From a virus (Duplodnaviria > Caudoviricetes): a stretch of DNA of 30,097 nucleotides. The notes under the pieces are model-generated. The model ran no database searches. It was not told where the DNA came from and saw only the letters and a list, made by a program, of their open reading frames with translations. How positions within the stretch are numbered: position 1 is the stretch's first letter; the number at the start of each line of letters is the position of its first letter. The stretch is taken from positions 1 to 30,097 of the IMG/VR virus record IMGVR_UViG_3300050150_000011; one strand, given 5' to 3'. Both the position numbers and the translations under genes were made by a program. Shown here in pieces: positions 10,049 to 19,159 of the stretch.

Positions 10049-10056
10049 TATTTATA
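10049..10056 (-). promoter_or_regulatory. T4-type late promoter (TATAAATA)
   Basis: TATTTATA on + strand, intergenic, 30 nt upstream of the ATG at 10018. Confidence 0.75.
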
Positions 10057-10064
10057 AAAAGGAA

Positions 10065-10748
10065 CTAAGCGTTTCTATATCCTAGAATGTATATTTTCAA
10101 TCCTCTACCACCAAAGGTTGATCCCACTTGATCAATATCAACAGATATCTCATCATCGTCGGTCAATGTAGTAGAAGATAATACAGGAGGGACTGCTGCA
10201 GTTTTACTGGTTTTCTCTCCAGCATCAATCGATAGTTTTGTTGATAGAATAGACGATCCATTTACATTAACATCTGCTATCAAACTAGATCCAGTTGCTG
10301 CTGATGTTAGGCTAGCTTTGATATCAGTAATAGTAAAGTCATAAGGAGCTCTGAAAGTTACTTTAGAAGTTCCCGTAATCAGATCAGTGGTTTCATCTGA
10401 AGGAGATATCCCTATACATTCTATAATTCTAGAATATACACCATTACCGTCTAAAACTGTATCAGCGTCTCCAGAAAGTTTAGGAAGAAATCCGTGTTTT
10501 GTGGTAGAAGCATCGTTAGTCGTCGTGTCCGAGATTGTTAGTTTGGATTCTGTAATAAATGTCCAACTGACACTAGACCCATCAGTCGTGACGAATTTAC
10601 CGTTATTGCCTGTTTGAGGAGTCAAAATAAAGTCTACAATGTCTAAACCAGTAACATGACCAGGAGACGAAGACGAGCTCATGTCTACAGGAATCCTCAT
10701 AGTAGTTGAAGGTGTTCTTTGAGTTGATCCCCAGATTGACTGAATCAT
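10065..10748 (-). CDS. Short fibre-like virion protein with C-terminal beta-sandwich domain
   Basis: Fibre motifs PQTGNNGKFVTTDGSSVSW and HGFLPKLSG....LDGNG; C-terminal ~115 aa resembles the C-terminus of 26179..28356. Confidence 0.6.
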   Translation of the reverse strand: MIQSIWGSTQRTPSTTMRIPVDMSSSSSPGHVTGLDIVDFILTPQTGNNGKFVTTDGSSVSWTFITESKLTISDTTTNDASTTKHGFLPKLSGDADTVLDGNGVYSRIIECIGISPSDETTDLITGTSKVTFRAPYDFTITDIKASLTSAATGSSLIADVNVNGSSILSTKLSIDAGEKTSKTAAVPPVLSSTTLTDDDEISVDIDQVGSTFGGRGLKIYILGYRNA

Positions 10749-10775
10749 TTTATTATATTCTCCTAATTACCAATA

Positions 10776-10783
10776 TATTTATA
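10776..10783 (-). promoter_or_regulatory. T4-type late promoter (TATAAATA)
   Basis: TATTTATA on + strand, intergenic, upstream of the AGGAG SD and ATG at 10748. Confidence 0.75.
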
Positions 10784-11893
10784 TTATGCTATTTTTTCAA
10801 AAGTAAAATCTGCATATATTTCAGGCGATACTCCATCGTTTCCTGGAATACCTAGATCTTGATTAATCCCAGATGTCCCTGCTACCCAGCTTTGAAACTT
10901 AAACGTTTTAGGAGCTGTTAGGGTGAACACGAAGTTTTCAATCGGTGTTCTGTCGTGCCCTGCAGCTCCACTAGCCCACCCAGAAACCGAATAAGCTAGT
11001 ACATTATTATCTGTAATATTATAGAATCTGAATTTACATTGCCCTACATTGTGAAAAAATTTCCACCCATCTAAAATGTAAGTGCCTGTAGGTAGAGTAA
11101 ATTGCCCATTGGACGAGTTGTGAGCGGCTCCTGTAATGTTATTAGTATGCAGAGTGTTGAGAATAACTCCTCCTGCTAAATTACTATCTTCCCACTGATT
11201 AGCATTAGCTCTTTGGCCTCCTGCTACTCCGGTTGAGTATTGTTGTCTCAATCTAAAAATAGGAGGAGTTCCTTTAAAGGATTTTAACGTAGCGGCGTCA
11301 ACCAATTTCCCAACTGCTCCTATAACTATATCATTAGGAGTATTCGTGATAGATGATGAGGATATTTTAACGTACGATACTGCTCCGTCGACCAACTTAG
11401 CATTGTTAACCGACGCATCTATTAACTTGTTTGTCGAAACTGATCCATCTAGAATTTTAGAAGCTGTTACAGCATTAGAAGATATCTTAGTTGACGTGAC
11501 GGTATTATCAGCAATTTTAGAAGCTGTTACAGCATTATCTGCTAGTTTAGCAGATGTGACTGCGCTATTCTGAATTTTAGATGAAGTTACAACATTATCT
11601 TCAACTGTTAGAGTATCAAAAACGTTTCCCAAAACTCTAATACTAATATCATCAATAGCAGTAGGAGGAACTATAAAATCTATAGATGTAGAATCTCCTC
11701 CTACAAGAAAATCATCTAGAGGGTATAGTGTCAATCCGTTCTTTGCTAAAAATAAAGCATTAACGGTACCCATAACAACAGGTTCCCCATTCGAAGTAAT
11801 GGGGAAATTTGTACGAACGCCGTTTTGTAAAAGAGCTATAGAATCTGCAACTATATATTCACCAAATTGGGGTTCTCTACCTACGTATGACAC
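10784..11893 (-). CDS. Tail fibre-like protein with eight 10-aa VTxxK(I/L)xDxA repeats and C-terminal beta-sandwich tip
   Basis: N-terminal MSYVGREP motif; tandem VTSSKIQNSA/VTSAKLADNA/VTASKIADNT... repeats; C-terminal GQFTLPTGTY domain. Confidence 0.65.
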   Translation of the reverse strand: MSYVGREPQFGEYIVADSIALLQNGVRTNFPITSNGEPVVMGTVNALFLAKNGLTLYPLDDFLVGGDSTSIDFIVPPTAIDDISIRVLGNVFDTLTVEDNVVTSSKIQNSAVTSAKLADNAVTASKIADNTVTSTKISSNAVTASKILDGSVSTNKLIDASVNNAKLVDGAVSYVKISSSSITNTPNDIVIGAVGKLVDAATLKSFKGTPPIFRLRQQYSTGVAGGQRANANQWEDSNLAGGVILNTLHTNNITGAAHNSSNGQFTLPTGTYILDGWKFFHNVGQCKFRFYNITDNNVLAYSVSGWASGAAGHDRTPIENFVFTLTAPKTFKFQSWVAGTSGINQDLGIPGNDGVSPEIYADFTFEKIA

Positions 11894-11895
11894 TA

Positions 11896-12240
11896 TTAAA
11901 CTCCGTTATCCAATTCCATTACCGACATCACAACATCTATAGAAGAAGTATCGCTAGATACTACTGATATGATATCTCCATTCTCAACCACAACCTTTTG
12001 ATCCTTTCCAATAGCAACAAGAGAACTTCCTGTTGGAATCGGAGCACTTCTTACCAGATACACTGTAGTGCTTGTAGAAGTATCTGTAAGAGTGATATCA
12101 CAAGTGATATCACTAGAAATCTTATTAGCGAGAGATAGTCCTATAATAGTCGCAGTCTTTCCTGTAGGAGCTGTATACACAGCTACCGAGGATGTCCCTA
12201 TGTTGCTGGCTACTTTGTTTTTAAATACGTTAGAACTCAA
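11896..12240 (-). CDS. Small conserved virion protein (beta-rich), TTG start
   Basis: NVFKN...IGTS...VYTAP....TIIGLSLAN...IPTGSSL...KVVVENGD pattern; GGAGGA SD just upstream of the TTG. Confidence 0.7.
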   Translation of the reverse strand: MSSNVFKNKVASNIGTSSVAVYTAPTGKTATIIGLSLANKISSDITCDITLTDTSTSTTVYLVRSAPIPTGSSLVAIGKDQKVVVENGDIISVVSSDTSSIDVVMSVMELDNGV

Positions 12241-12242
12241 AA

Positions 12243-12659
12243 TTATCCTCCAAAGATCATTGAATAAGCTATGATTTGTGTTTGTAGAGCTGATACACTG
12301 GAATCTACATAAGCTTTTGTTGTAGCATGGTTAGATGTAGTAGGAGCATAATTAAGCTCTATATAATCTGCTGTGATAGTACCACCGTCGATAGCATCTC
12401 CTGAAATACTGTCGTTGGACAATACTATGGACGCTCCTGTTAAAGTGAGTGTTGTATCTACAGTAAGATTTGTAAATGCTCCTGTAGAAGGAGTCACTGA
12501 TCCGATAGGAGTTCCGTCTACAGTTCCCCCTGTGATATAAACGCTACTACTTTCACCTAGAGTATTAACTCTTCCTATAACAGTATTAACAGCAGACGCC
12601 ATGTCTCCGAAAGTAGACCATGTTGTTCCTGTTAGTGTTAGTAAAGGTATATTAGCCAT
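12243..12659 (-). CDS. Short fibre-like virion protein
   Basis: ITGGTVDGTPIGSVTPSTGAFT, APT..NHATTKAYVD and terminal IIAYSMIFGG motifs. Confidence 0.65.
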   Translation of the reverse strand: MANIPLLTLTGTTWSTFGDMASAVNTVIGRVNTLGESSSVYITGGTVDGTPIGSVTPSTGAFTNLTVDTTLTLTGASIVLSNDSISGDAIDGGTITADYIELNYAPTTSNHATTKAYVDSSVSALQTQIIAYSMIFGG

Positions 12660-12663
12660 CTAA

Positions 12664-12873
12664 TTATTTTTCTCTTAAGATTTCGAGTATAGCAGAAATA
12701 TCATTTTTAATTGAAAGAATTTCATTGTCTATAGATTTAAACTTATGATCTAAAGACATACGTTTCTCCTTAGATTCCAAAGCTATTCTATAGTTTTCAC
12801 TAGAAGTATTTATGATAGCTTTACTACGAGAGTCTCTAGCTAGATTAATATGATCTTCTACTTTTAATAGCAT
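12664..12873 (-). CDS. Small conserved T4-like protein with C-terminal coiled coil (69 aa; start revised from 12963)
   Basis: MLLKVEDHINLARDSRSKAIINT...EILSIKNDISAILEILREK. ATG at 12873 has a GAAGGA SD and does not overlap the upstream gene. Similar proteins follow DUF4815 genes in T4-like cyanophages. Confidence 0.75.
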   Translation of the reverse strand: MLLKVEDHINLARDSRSKAIINTSSENYRIALESKEKRMSLDHKFKSIDNEILSIKNDISAILEILREK

Positions 12874-12889
12874 GTTAAAAATATTCCTT

Positions 12890-15800
12890 CTATGTTGCAA
12901 GAGCAATAGCTCTAAAATCTTTAATCTGAGGAGCATCAGAAGTCTCGAGAGACAACATAACAACCTTGATTGCGAATATACTAAACGGAGAAATATTATT
13001 TATTTCAAAAGTATAATCTTTAAACGATTCACTATTGAATGCTGGATAAGTTAAAGCTGTCATCTCTACGTAAGATTGGTCATCGAAATTCTCACTTTGA
13101 TTATCATCAGCAAGATACTTAGCATACACTTTAATAGTCGCTGTATTATCTCTTATAGCTGTCAGATATACTCTTAGTGATGTAGCCGGATCATTCAAAA
13201 CAACTCTTTTTGTTATATAACGAGCTATAGCATCTCCTGATCTAGGATCAAGCTCATCTGTAGAGTTATTATTGATTCTGTTGGATACAGTAATTAACGA
13301 GGATCTCTGAAGATCTACAACAGGAGATATATTAGGATTAGATGTGGCAAAAGAATTCCTAATGATAACATCTATGTCTGTGTTGTTATCATCGCTATAG
13401 ATGATCCTAGGCTCAGTAAACACTATATTTTCGCTGACGTTAATATCAGTATAAGACGAATCTAAAGTATCTCCAAGATTTCTAGTTTTAATAGATGTTC
13501 CTAAAGAAGTACCAGGAAATACTAAAGTTTGAGCATTAAAGTTTCCTACATCCATTACAATATTCTGAGTAGCTACTACTGAAGATCCTCCACAAGAACC
13601 AGTAGAAGTTGCCACAGAAGATACTTGGAACGTGTAAGAATCCATATCTAATACCGTAACAACGTGAGAGCCGTTTAAAACGCTAGCAGATATCCCATTT
13701 TGAGTTCCTACGATCCCAGATAGTGTTACTGTATTTCCAGTTTTAAATCCGTGGTTAGCGTGGATAACAGTAACAATAGTGCTGTTAGAATCAGATACAG
13801 TGTATAAAGGATTAGATATCAATGTAGAACTAGAAGGTATAGAGTTTTCTAGTATAGCTGACCCTACGACAGATGTGCTAAACTGACAGTTAAAGATTTC
13901 AAATTTAATATCTTCTTCTTGATCTGCAGTCCATGTAGAAGCGTTTTGAGATTTAAACAATACTCCTGCATAAGGTTGCTTGGATATTCTTTCTCCTGTA
14001 AGGATATTGAACTCCCCAGTCTTAGATACCCATATATTATACTCTACAGAGTTGGATAGTAATACGAAGCAGTATTCTGTGCCGTCTTGGAGATATACAG
14101 GAGACGGAAAAGTGAAAGAAGTAGCTACAGAACTATCAGCAGACACCAAAACATCAGAAGCATCTAGAACGACTTCGCTAAAAGGTACTACATATTGTCC
14201 TGGGTATCCATTAACAGTATTTCTAATCTGTAATCTAACAGGAATATTCTTAGAATCTTTAGATGCAAAGAATATGTTAATTTTACATAAGAAGACTCCT
14301 CCTTCAGAATTAACTAAGAATGTTTGGGCCAAAGGATCTGCCCACTTAGTTCTTAAAACTGAATCAGAAGTAATAGATTCAACACTAGTACGATCTTCAC
14401 TTACAGTAGAAGTTACGAGTTGAGCTGTTCTAGTAGATAGAATAGTCTTCTGCGTAGATTGAAGAACTCCTGTGGCTGTATATAATCCATCAGCCGATGT
14501 TGAACTAGCAAAGCTTGTGTTGGTGTCAGAATCGGTTAATCTAAGAATTCTTTGGCCTGTTCTAAATTTAATAGAACTATTATTAGGTATCGAGAATATT
14601 CCAGATACTTCTCCTGCAGAATCTGTAACCAAAGGAGATCCTAAAGACCCTCCAAGAGGTTTAGTATAACTAAGGACGTTTATACCATCAAAGAAAGGAT
14701 ATACTGTTGTATTAGGTTTCAGCGCTTTAACATTGAAAACAATATCTTTAGATCTGATATAAGGAATTAGAGAAGTGTTTAAAACTTTATTATCTATAAC
14801 TTGAGTGTTCGTGCTTTCAACAACAGACAGTAAAGACCCTGTACGAGATTGTCCAACTTCCTTAACCTCGGTGGTTCTATTTAAAGAATAAGTAGATCCT
14901 GCAAATCTTGTACCAGGAACATGGCCCCACTTATTAACGCTAGATGCTGATGTCCCGTCTGATACCATAGAGTTGTAGGTACTCTCTGATATAGATGTAG
15001 AAGTAGTAGATGAAGATAAAGTCTGGCCTGCCCAAGTAGTAACCCAATCGTTCCATATCACCTGACCGTTTAGAGAAGCTAGTGCATCAGCTTGACCATC
15101 ATCGTCTTCTATAATGATATCTGGAAGCTGTTCAGTATCATACCAGTCATCGCTATTAGGAGACAATGTCATAACACCGGTCCAATTGATAACATCATAA
15201 GGATTGATATTTTCTGTTTTAGATGCCGAAGGCTGATTGATATATGAAACTACAGTATACGGAAGAGTCAGCAAATCACCCGTTTTAGTAACGTTGGAGC
15301 TTTTGGATGGCGAATAGTTCATGGCAACGTTGCTGGATTTAAACTGAGGTCTTAGAATGCCATTTTCTTTATCTATAGCGCATTTGTATTCAAGAAGAGC
15401 AGCATCTCCTATAATATGAGATTTAAAATTGTCTACCACAAACCCGTTTTTAAATCTGTTGACACCTGTACCATCATCGATAAACAAATCTGATGTGTTT
15501 TTTTCTAAGAGAGATAATGATGTATAGTATTCGAGATTAGAAATACGCTTATCCAGTTTCCCGATATCTCTCATAGTGTATCTTCTATTATCTATAGGCT
15601 TTATAGTAATATCAGCAGTATCGAACACATATGGATTTAAACTAACTTCATACAATACCATGGCATTAGATATATCAGAGGGAAGCTGAGGATTTATCCC
15701 AGGAACTCCCGTAGAAACTACAAAATTACCTTTATAATCTAGGAATATTTTATCTTTTCTGGGAAGATATACTTCATAGTCTGCTGTGATGTTGTTATCT

Positions 15801-18223
15801 GAAACTACAATCTCAGATAACACAGAAAATCCTGTTCCTGCATTATTAATTCTAGGTCTGAAATCCAAACTATTGATAAGAGAATATACTGCTCCTGTAG
15901 ATGATTGGTAGCTTGGAATATCTTTATAGGCTATAACACCGTTATAAGAATCTACAGAGAAATAATCTCCAGATCCATGTTCAAAATATCTATAGTTGAT
16001 CGTAACGGTAGAAGCTGGTACCGAATTTCCAACAACAAACTTCAAAGATCCTCTATCATAATAGCTGTCTCTTTGACCGTTATCCAAAGTATACTTAGAT
16101 GTTATATTTGCAGATGTTGTATCGTCTATAATAGAAACAATATCATACACGTCAGCTCTATCTAATTGAATAGTACTAGAATGTGAAACTCCGCTTTGAA
16201 TTCTAGATGTTAGAGTTTTCGTTTTTTGTTGGTTTCCTGTTTTAGCAACAGACGAAATAATTTTTACAGTTGACCCTGCAATACTAGGAACGTTTATTGT
16301 TACCTGTTTACCTATTGGAGATCCTCCTAGAACAACAGAGTTTCCTGCTCCTCCTAGATTAATAATGCTCCCTGCTGAGTATCCATTTCCCGTAGCTGTT
16401 CCTGATGCTGTTGTAATAGATAAATGATAGCTTAAAACATCATACGACTCAAACACTTCATTGGAACCTGCTGTTAAAGTTATGCTAGACCCTGACATGG
16501 TCCCTGTATGATATCTTTTAACTGAATATGTTATATCCACATTGTTAGAAGAATCTTTGAATGTTTTAATAGCGTATTCTGGGAATGGTAAAATAGGAAT
16601 TTGATTAGACGCTTCAAACAAAACAGCTTGAGAATCTACAAGAATTAAGTTCCCTTTAGATGTTGCAGATGTTCCTATTGAGCGAACGCTCGAAAATGAT
16701 CCACTAGACATTGTAACATCGAATAACCATAGCTTATAAACAGCAGCAGAGTTTCCTGGAGTTCCAGATACAAACTCTTGAGATCTGATTTTAGCTGTTC
16801 CTACTACAGACCCTCCAGCATTTGTAGCTGAGTATAAATTAACAGATTGTAATGATGTTAGATCAAAAGTTCCTGTTAAAGAATCTACTGTTACATACGA
16901 CCCCAATGATGCGTTATATGTTTGATTCTGTTTTGTAATAGTCGTACGAGGTTTTTGAGAAGCTATATATGTAGTAGATTGTTTTTCTATTTCATATCCT
17001 TTAACGTAAGCTTTACCTGGTTCTAGAGAATATACAAATTTATTATCATCTCCGCCATTTAAAGCTGTATATAAACCAAAATTAGAAGTTGTGTTGAGAT
17101 GTTCTTTGATCTGTAGAGGGAATGCTCTAACAGTATAGTCTCCAGATTCGTCGAATGTTCTTCTAGCTAATGTTTTTTCAATCTCTGAATATTCAGTTTT
17201 GTTTACAATAGTCTGAATAATTCCTTCATCCACAACAGCAAGCTGTACGAAGTTAGCGGGGACAACTTCAGTCAAAGAATATTTTGATAGGACGGTATCA
17301 ATAAAATATCTATGAGCGCCTGGTGCTGAATAATTTGTTGATCCTGTTGCAGGATCATTTAAAGATATATCATCTTCTTCTGTAATGAATTGATCTGTAT
17401 ATCTTAATCCTATTTTATAACTAGGAGTATTCGAATACTTATCCAGAATCAATGTTTGTTCTTCTACCAAACAAAAATATCCGTTTATATAATATACACC
17501 GTTACGAATAACTGCTTTAGAGCCAACTCCGGTTGATCCTGTAGTAGCCAACAGAGCACTGTAAACAACCTCTGATCCTGTTGTAATAGTGTCAATTTGT
17601 TCGCCGTCTATGAAACTGTCTGTGGTAGTAGAAGTCAATGAGACAGACGATCCAGAAGCAGTGGCTGCATTTGATAGAGTGATTTGAGAAGATGAGTTTA
17701 TACTGCTAATATATGTATTGCTAGGAATACCTGTACCAGATACAATAGATCCTACAGAAATAGAAGATGTATCGATATTAATACCAGTAATAATCTTAGA
17801 AGTTGCTGTGGTTGTCCCTGTAAAGGATTGTGCAGATGAACCTGTTTTATATGTAACATATAATGTATTTGGATCTGTTAATTCTTTGGATACAACATCA
17901 GTGACAGTAGCAACAGCTCCAGACGTTCTACCTATAATTTGCTTATTTAAAAAATTTGATACGCTTATATTAGAAGAATTAAATTGGTTTTGAAGTTTAA
18001 TATAAGGAGTGTTTGTGGATATAAACATTTCCCCAGGAATAACCATAGAACCTTCCTTAAAAATAGAAGATCCAAACTTGTTAATTTGGTTTTGAAGAAT
18101 ACTTTGCAGTTGAATAAGCTCTCTAGACTGCACTGCGATTCCTGGTCTAAATAGAATCTGATAATATTTTTTAGAATCAGTGTAGTCGTCAAAGTATGGA
18201 TACGTATTCTTATTTAATGTCAT
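12890..18223 (-). CDS. Large virion structural protein, DUF4815 / VrlC-like
   Basis: PYFDDY...YYQILFRPG.AVQSRELIQLQSILQNQI, APGAHRY, LARRTFDESGDYTV, RRYTMRDIGKLDKRISNLEYYTSLSLLE, DPLAQTF, LFKSQNASTWT and terminal DFRAIALA. ATG at 18223 preferred to TTG at 18229. Confidence 0.88.
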   Translation of the reverse strand: MTLNKNTYPYFDDYTDSKKYYQILFRPGIAVQSRELIQLQSILQNQINKFGSSIFKEGSMVIPGEMFISTNTPYIKLQNQFNSSNISVSNFLNKQIIGRTSGAVATVTDVVSKELTDPNTLYVTYKTGSSAQSFTGTTTATSKIITGINIDTSSISVGSIVSGTGIPSNTYISSINSSSQITLSNAATASGSSVSLTSTTTDSFIDGEQIDTITTGSEVVYSALLATTGSTGVGSKAVIRNGVYYINGYFCLVEEQTLILDKYSNTPSYKIGLRYTDQFITEEDDISLNDPATGSTNYSAPGAHRYFIDTVLSKYSLTEVVPANFVQLAVVDEGIIQTIVNKTEYSEIEKTLARRTFDESGDYTVRAFPLQIKEHLNTTSNFGLYTALNGGDDNKFVYSLEPGKAYVKGYEIEKQSTTYIASQKPRTTITKQNQTYNASLGSYVTVDSLTGTFDLTSLQSVNLYSATNAGGSVVGTAKIRSQEFVSGTPGNSAAVYKLWLFDVTMSSGSFSSVRSIGTSATSKGNLILVDSQAVLFEASNQIPILPFPEYAIKTFKDSSNNVDITYSVKRYHTGTMSGSSITLTAGSNEVFESYDVLSYHLSITTASGTATGNGYSAGSIINLGGAGNSVVLGGSPIGKQVTINVPSIAGSTVKIISSVAKTGNQQKTKTLTSRIQSGVSHSSTIQLDRADVYDIVSIIDDTTSANITSKYTLDNGQRDSYYDRGSLKFVVGNSVPASTVTINYRYFEHGSGDYFSVDSYNGVIAYKDIPSYQSSTGAVYSLINSLDFRPRINNAGTGFSVLSEIVVSDNNITADYEVYLPRKDKIFLDYKGNFVVSTGVPGINPQLPSDISNAMVLYEVSLNPYVFDTADITIKPIDNRRYTMRDIGKLDKRISNLEYYTSLSLLEKNTSDLFIDDGTGVNRFKNGFVVDNFKSHIIGDAALLEYKCAIDKENGILRPQFKSSNVAMNYSPSKSSNVTKTGDLLTLPYTVVSYINQPSASKTENINPYDVINWTGVMTLSPNSDDWYDTEQLPDIIIEDDDGQADALASLNGQVIWNDWVTTWAGQTLSSSTTSTSISESTYNSMVSDGTSASSVNKWGHVPGTRFAGSTYSLNRTTEVKEVGQSRTGSLLSVVESTNTQVIDNKVLNTSLIPYIRSKDIVFNVKALKPNTTVYPFFDGINVLSYTKPLGGSLGSPLVTDSAGEVSGIFSIPNNSSIKFRTGQRILRLTDSDTNTSFASSTSADGLYTATGVLQSTQKTILSTRTAQLVTSTVSEDRTSVESITSDSVLRTKWADPLAQTFLVNSEGGVFLCKINIFFASKDSKNIPVRLQIRNTVNGYPGQYVVPFSEVVLDASDVLVSADSSVATSFTFPSPVYLQDGTEYCFVLLSNSVEYNIWVSKTGEFNILTGERISKQPYAGVLFKSQNASTWTADQEEDIKFEIFNCQFSTSVVGSAILENSIPSSSTLISNPLYTVSDSNSTIVTVIHANHGFKTGNTVTLSGIVGTQNGISASVLNGSHVVTVLDMDSYTFQVSSVATSTGSCGGSSVVATQNIVMDVGNFNAQTLVFPGTSLGTSIKTRNLGDTLDSSYTDINVSENIVFTEPRIIYSDDNNTDIDVIIRNSFATSNPNISPVVDLQRSSLITVSNRINNNSTDELDPRSGDAIARYITKRVVLNDPATSLRVYLTAIRDNTATIKVYAKYLADDNQSENFDDQSYVEMTALTYPAFNSESFKDYTFEINNISPFSIFAIKVVMLSLETSDAPQIKDFRAIALAT

Positions 18224-18254
18224 CTGCAACTCGCGTTTATTATGTGTACTATTT

Positions 18255-18262
18255 TATTTATA
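18255..18262 (-). promoter_or_regulatory. T4-type late promoter (TATAAATA)
   Basis: TATTTATA on + strand overlapping the gp8 stop codon, about 30 nt upstream of the DUF4815 gene. Confidence 0.7.
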
Positions 18263-19127
18263 GGTTAAAGTCTATAATGATTTTAACGGTTTCTGTCTGA
18301 TCGGAGTTTCTTTGGACTGGTGTAATAGTCTCAACATATACCAATTGTCCTGTATGAATATCTATCGTAGAGTTTGTGTCGTTGACCGAATAAACACTTC
18401 CGTTAGCATCTACTCCGGAAAGTAATTTAACGTCTCTGATCAATCCAACTTCTCTATACGATACAGAAGCATCTATAATATCACTTTCACTTCCTTCGAA
18501 CTTTTGAGATACTATTATCTTAGTTGCTCCCAGTTCCCATGCAGCATTACGACCATGGCCTCCTGCAGGGCTTCCTGTTGTATAAGCTGCAGTATTTTCT
18601 ACTAGAATTTGTTGAGATGTTCTCTTATCTCCTGAGGGGACTGGGAGATATACACTATTCAAGAAATCTACCTGAACAGATGACGAAAGATTATATAAAA
18701 ACTTCCAAGTATAACCATCAGCCGTAATGATCTGAGAAGTTGACTGTCCAGTAGGTCTTGAAGTTGACGATGACCCGTCAGCATTACTCAAACATTTGTA
18801 AACATTCATATCTGTTGTCAAGACATAGAAATTTTTAGAGTATAAAGAAGAATCACTCGGGCTATATTGAGCATATACTGTTCCTGATGTCCAATTAACT
18901 CGAGGAATAACCAAACACGAATTTGATGATCCTATCTTCTTCATTGCAAAAATACTATTAAGAACACTCAAAGTATCATTCATAGAATTTGTAATATTCC
19001 CAGGAATACTCTCGTTGGGCCATGCAGTAGTCTTACCCAATGTCATATAATAATTATCAGATGATAATGAATCGATGAAAGATTGTGCTATACTAGATTT
19101 TGCTTGAATATTTAATAATGATGCCAT
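18258..19127 (-). CDS. gp8: Baseplate wedge protein
   Basis: VIPRVNWTSGTVY..Y, FYVLT...NVYKCLSN, DGYTWKFLY and C-terminal PVQRNSDQTETVKIIIDF motifs. Confidence 0.88.
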   Translation of the reverse strand: MASLLNIQAKSSIAQSFIDSLSSDNYYMTLGKTTAWPNESIPGNITNSMNDTLSVLNSIFAMKKIGSSNSCLVIPRVNWTSGTVYAQYSPSDSSLYSKNFYVLTTDMNVYKCLSNADGSSSTSRPTGQSTSQIITADGYTWKFLYNLSSSVQVDFLNSVYLPVPSGDKRTSQQILVENTAAYTTGSPAGGHGRNAAWELGATKIIVSQKFEGSESDIIDASVSYREVGLIRDVKLLSGVDANGSVYSVNDTNSTIDIHTGQLVYVETITPVQRNSDQTETVKIIIDFNL

Positions 19128-19147
19128 GTTAGATTATACCTCTTAAT

Positions 19148-19155
19148 TATTTATA
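19148..19155 (-). promoter_or_regulatory. T4-type late promoter (TATAAATA)
   Basis: TATTTATA on + strand in the gp7-gp8 gap, upstream of a GAGG SD. Confidence 0.75.
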
Positions 19156-19159
19156 GGGG

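Noticed and set aside
12874-12963. N-terminal extension of the 99-aa ORF in the track
   Set aside because: It overlaps the DUF4815 C-terminus; the ATG at 12873 has an SD and starts the conserved part.
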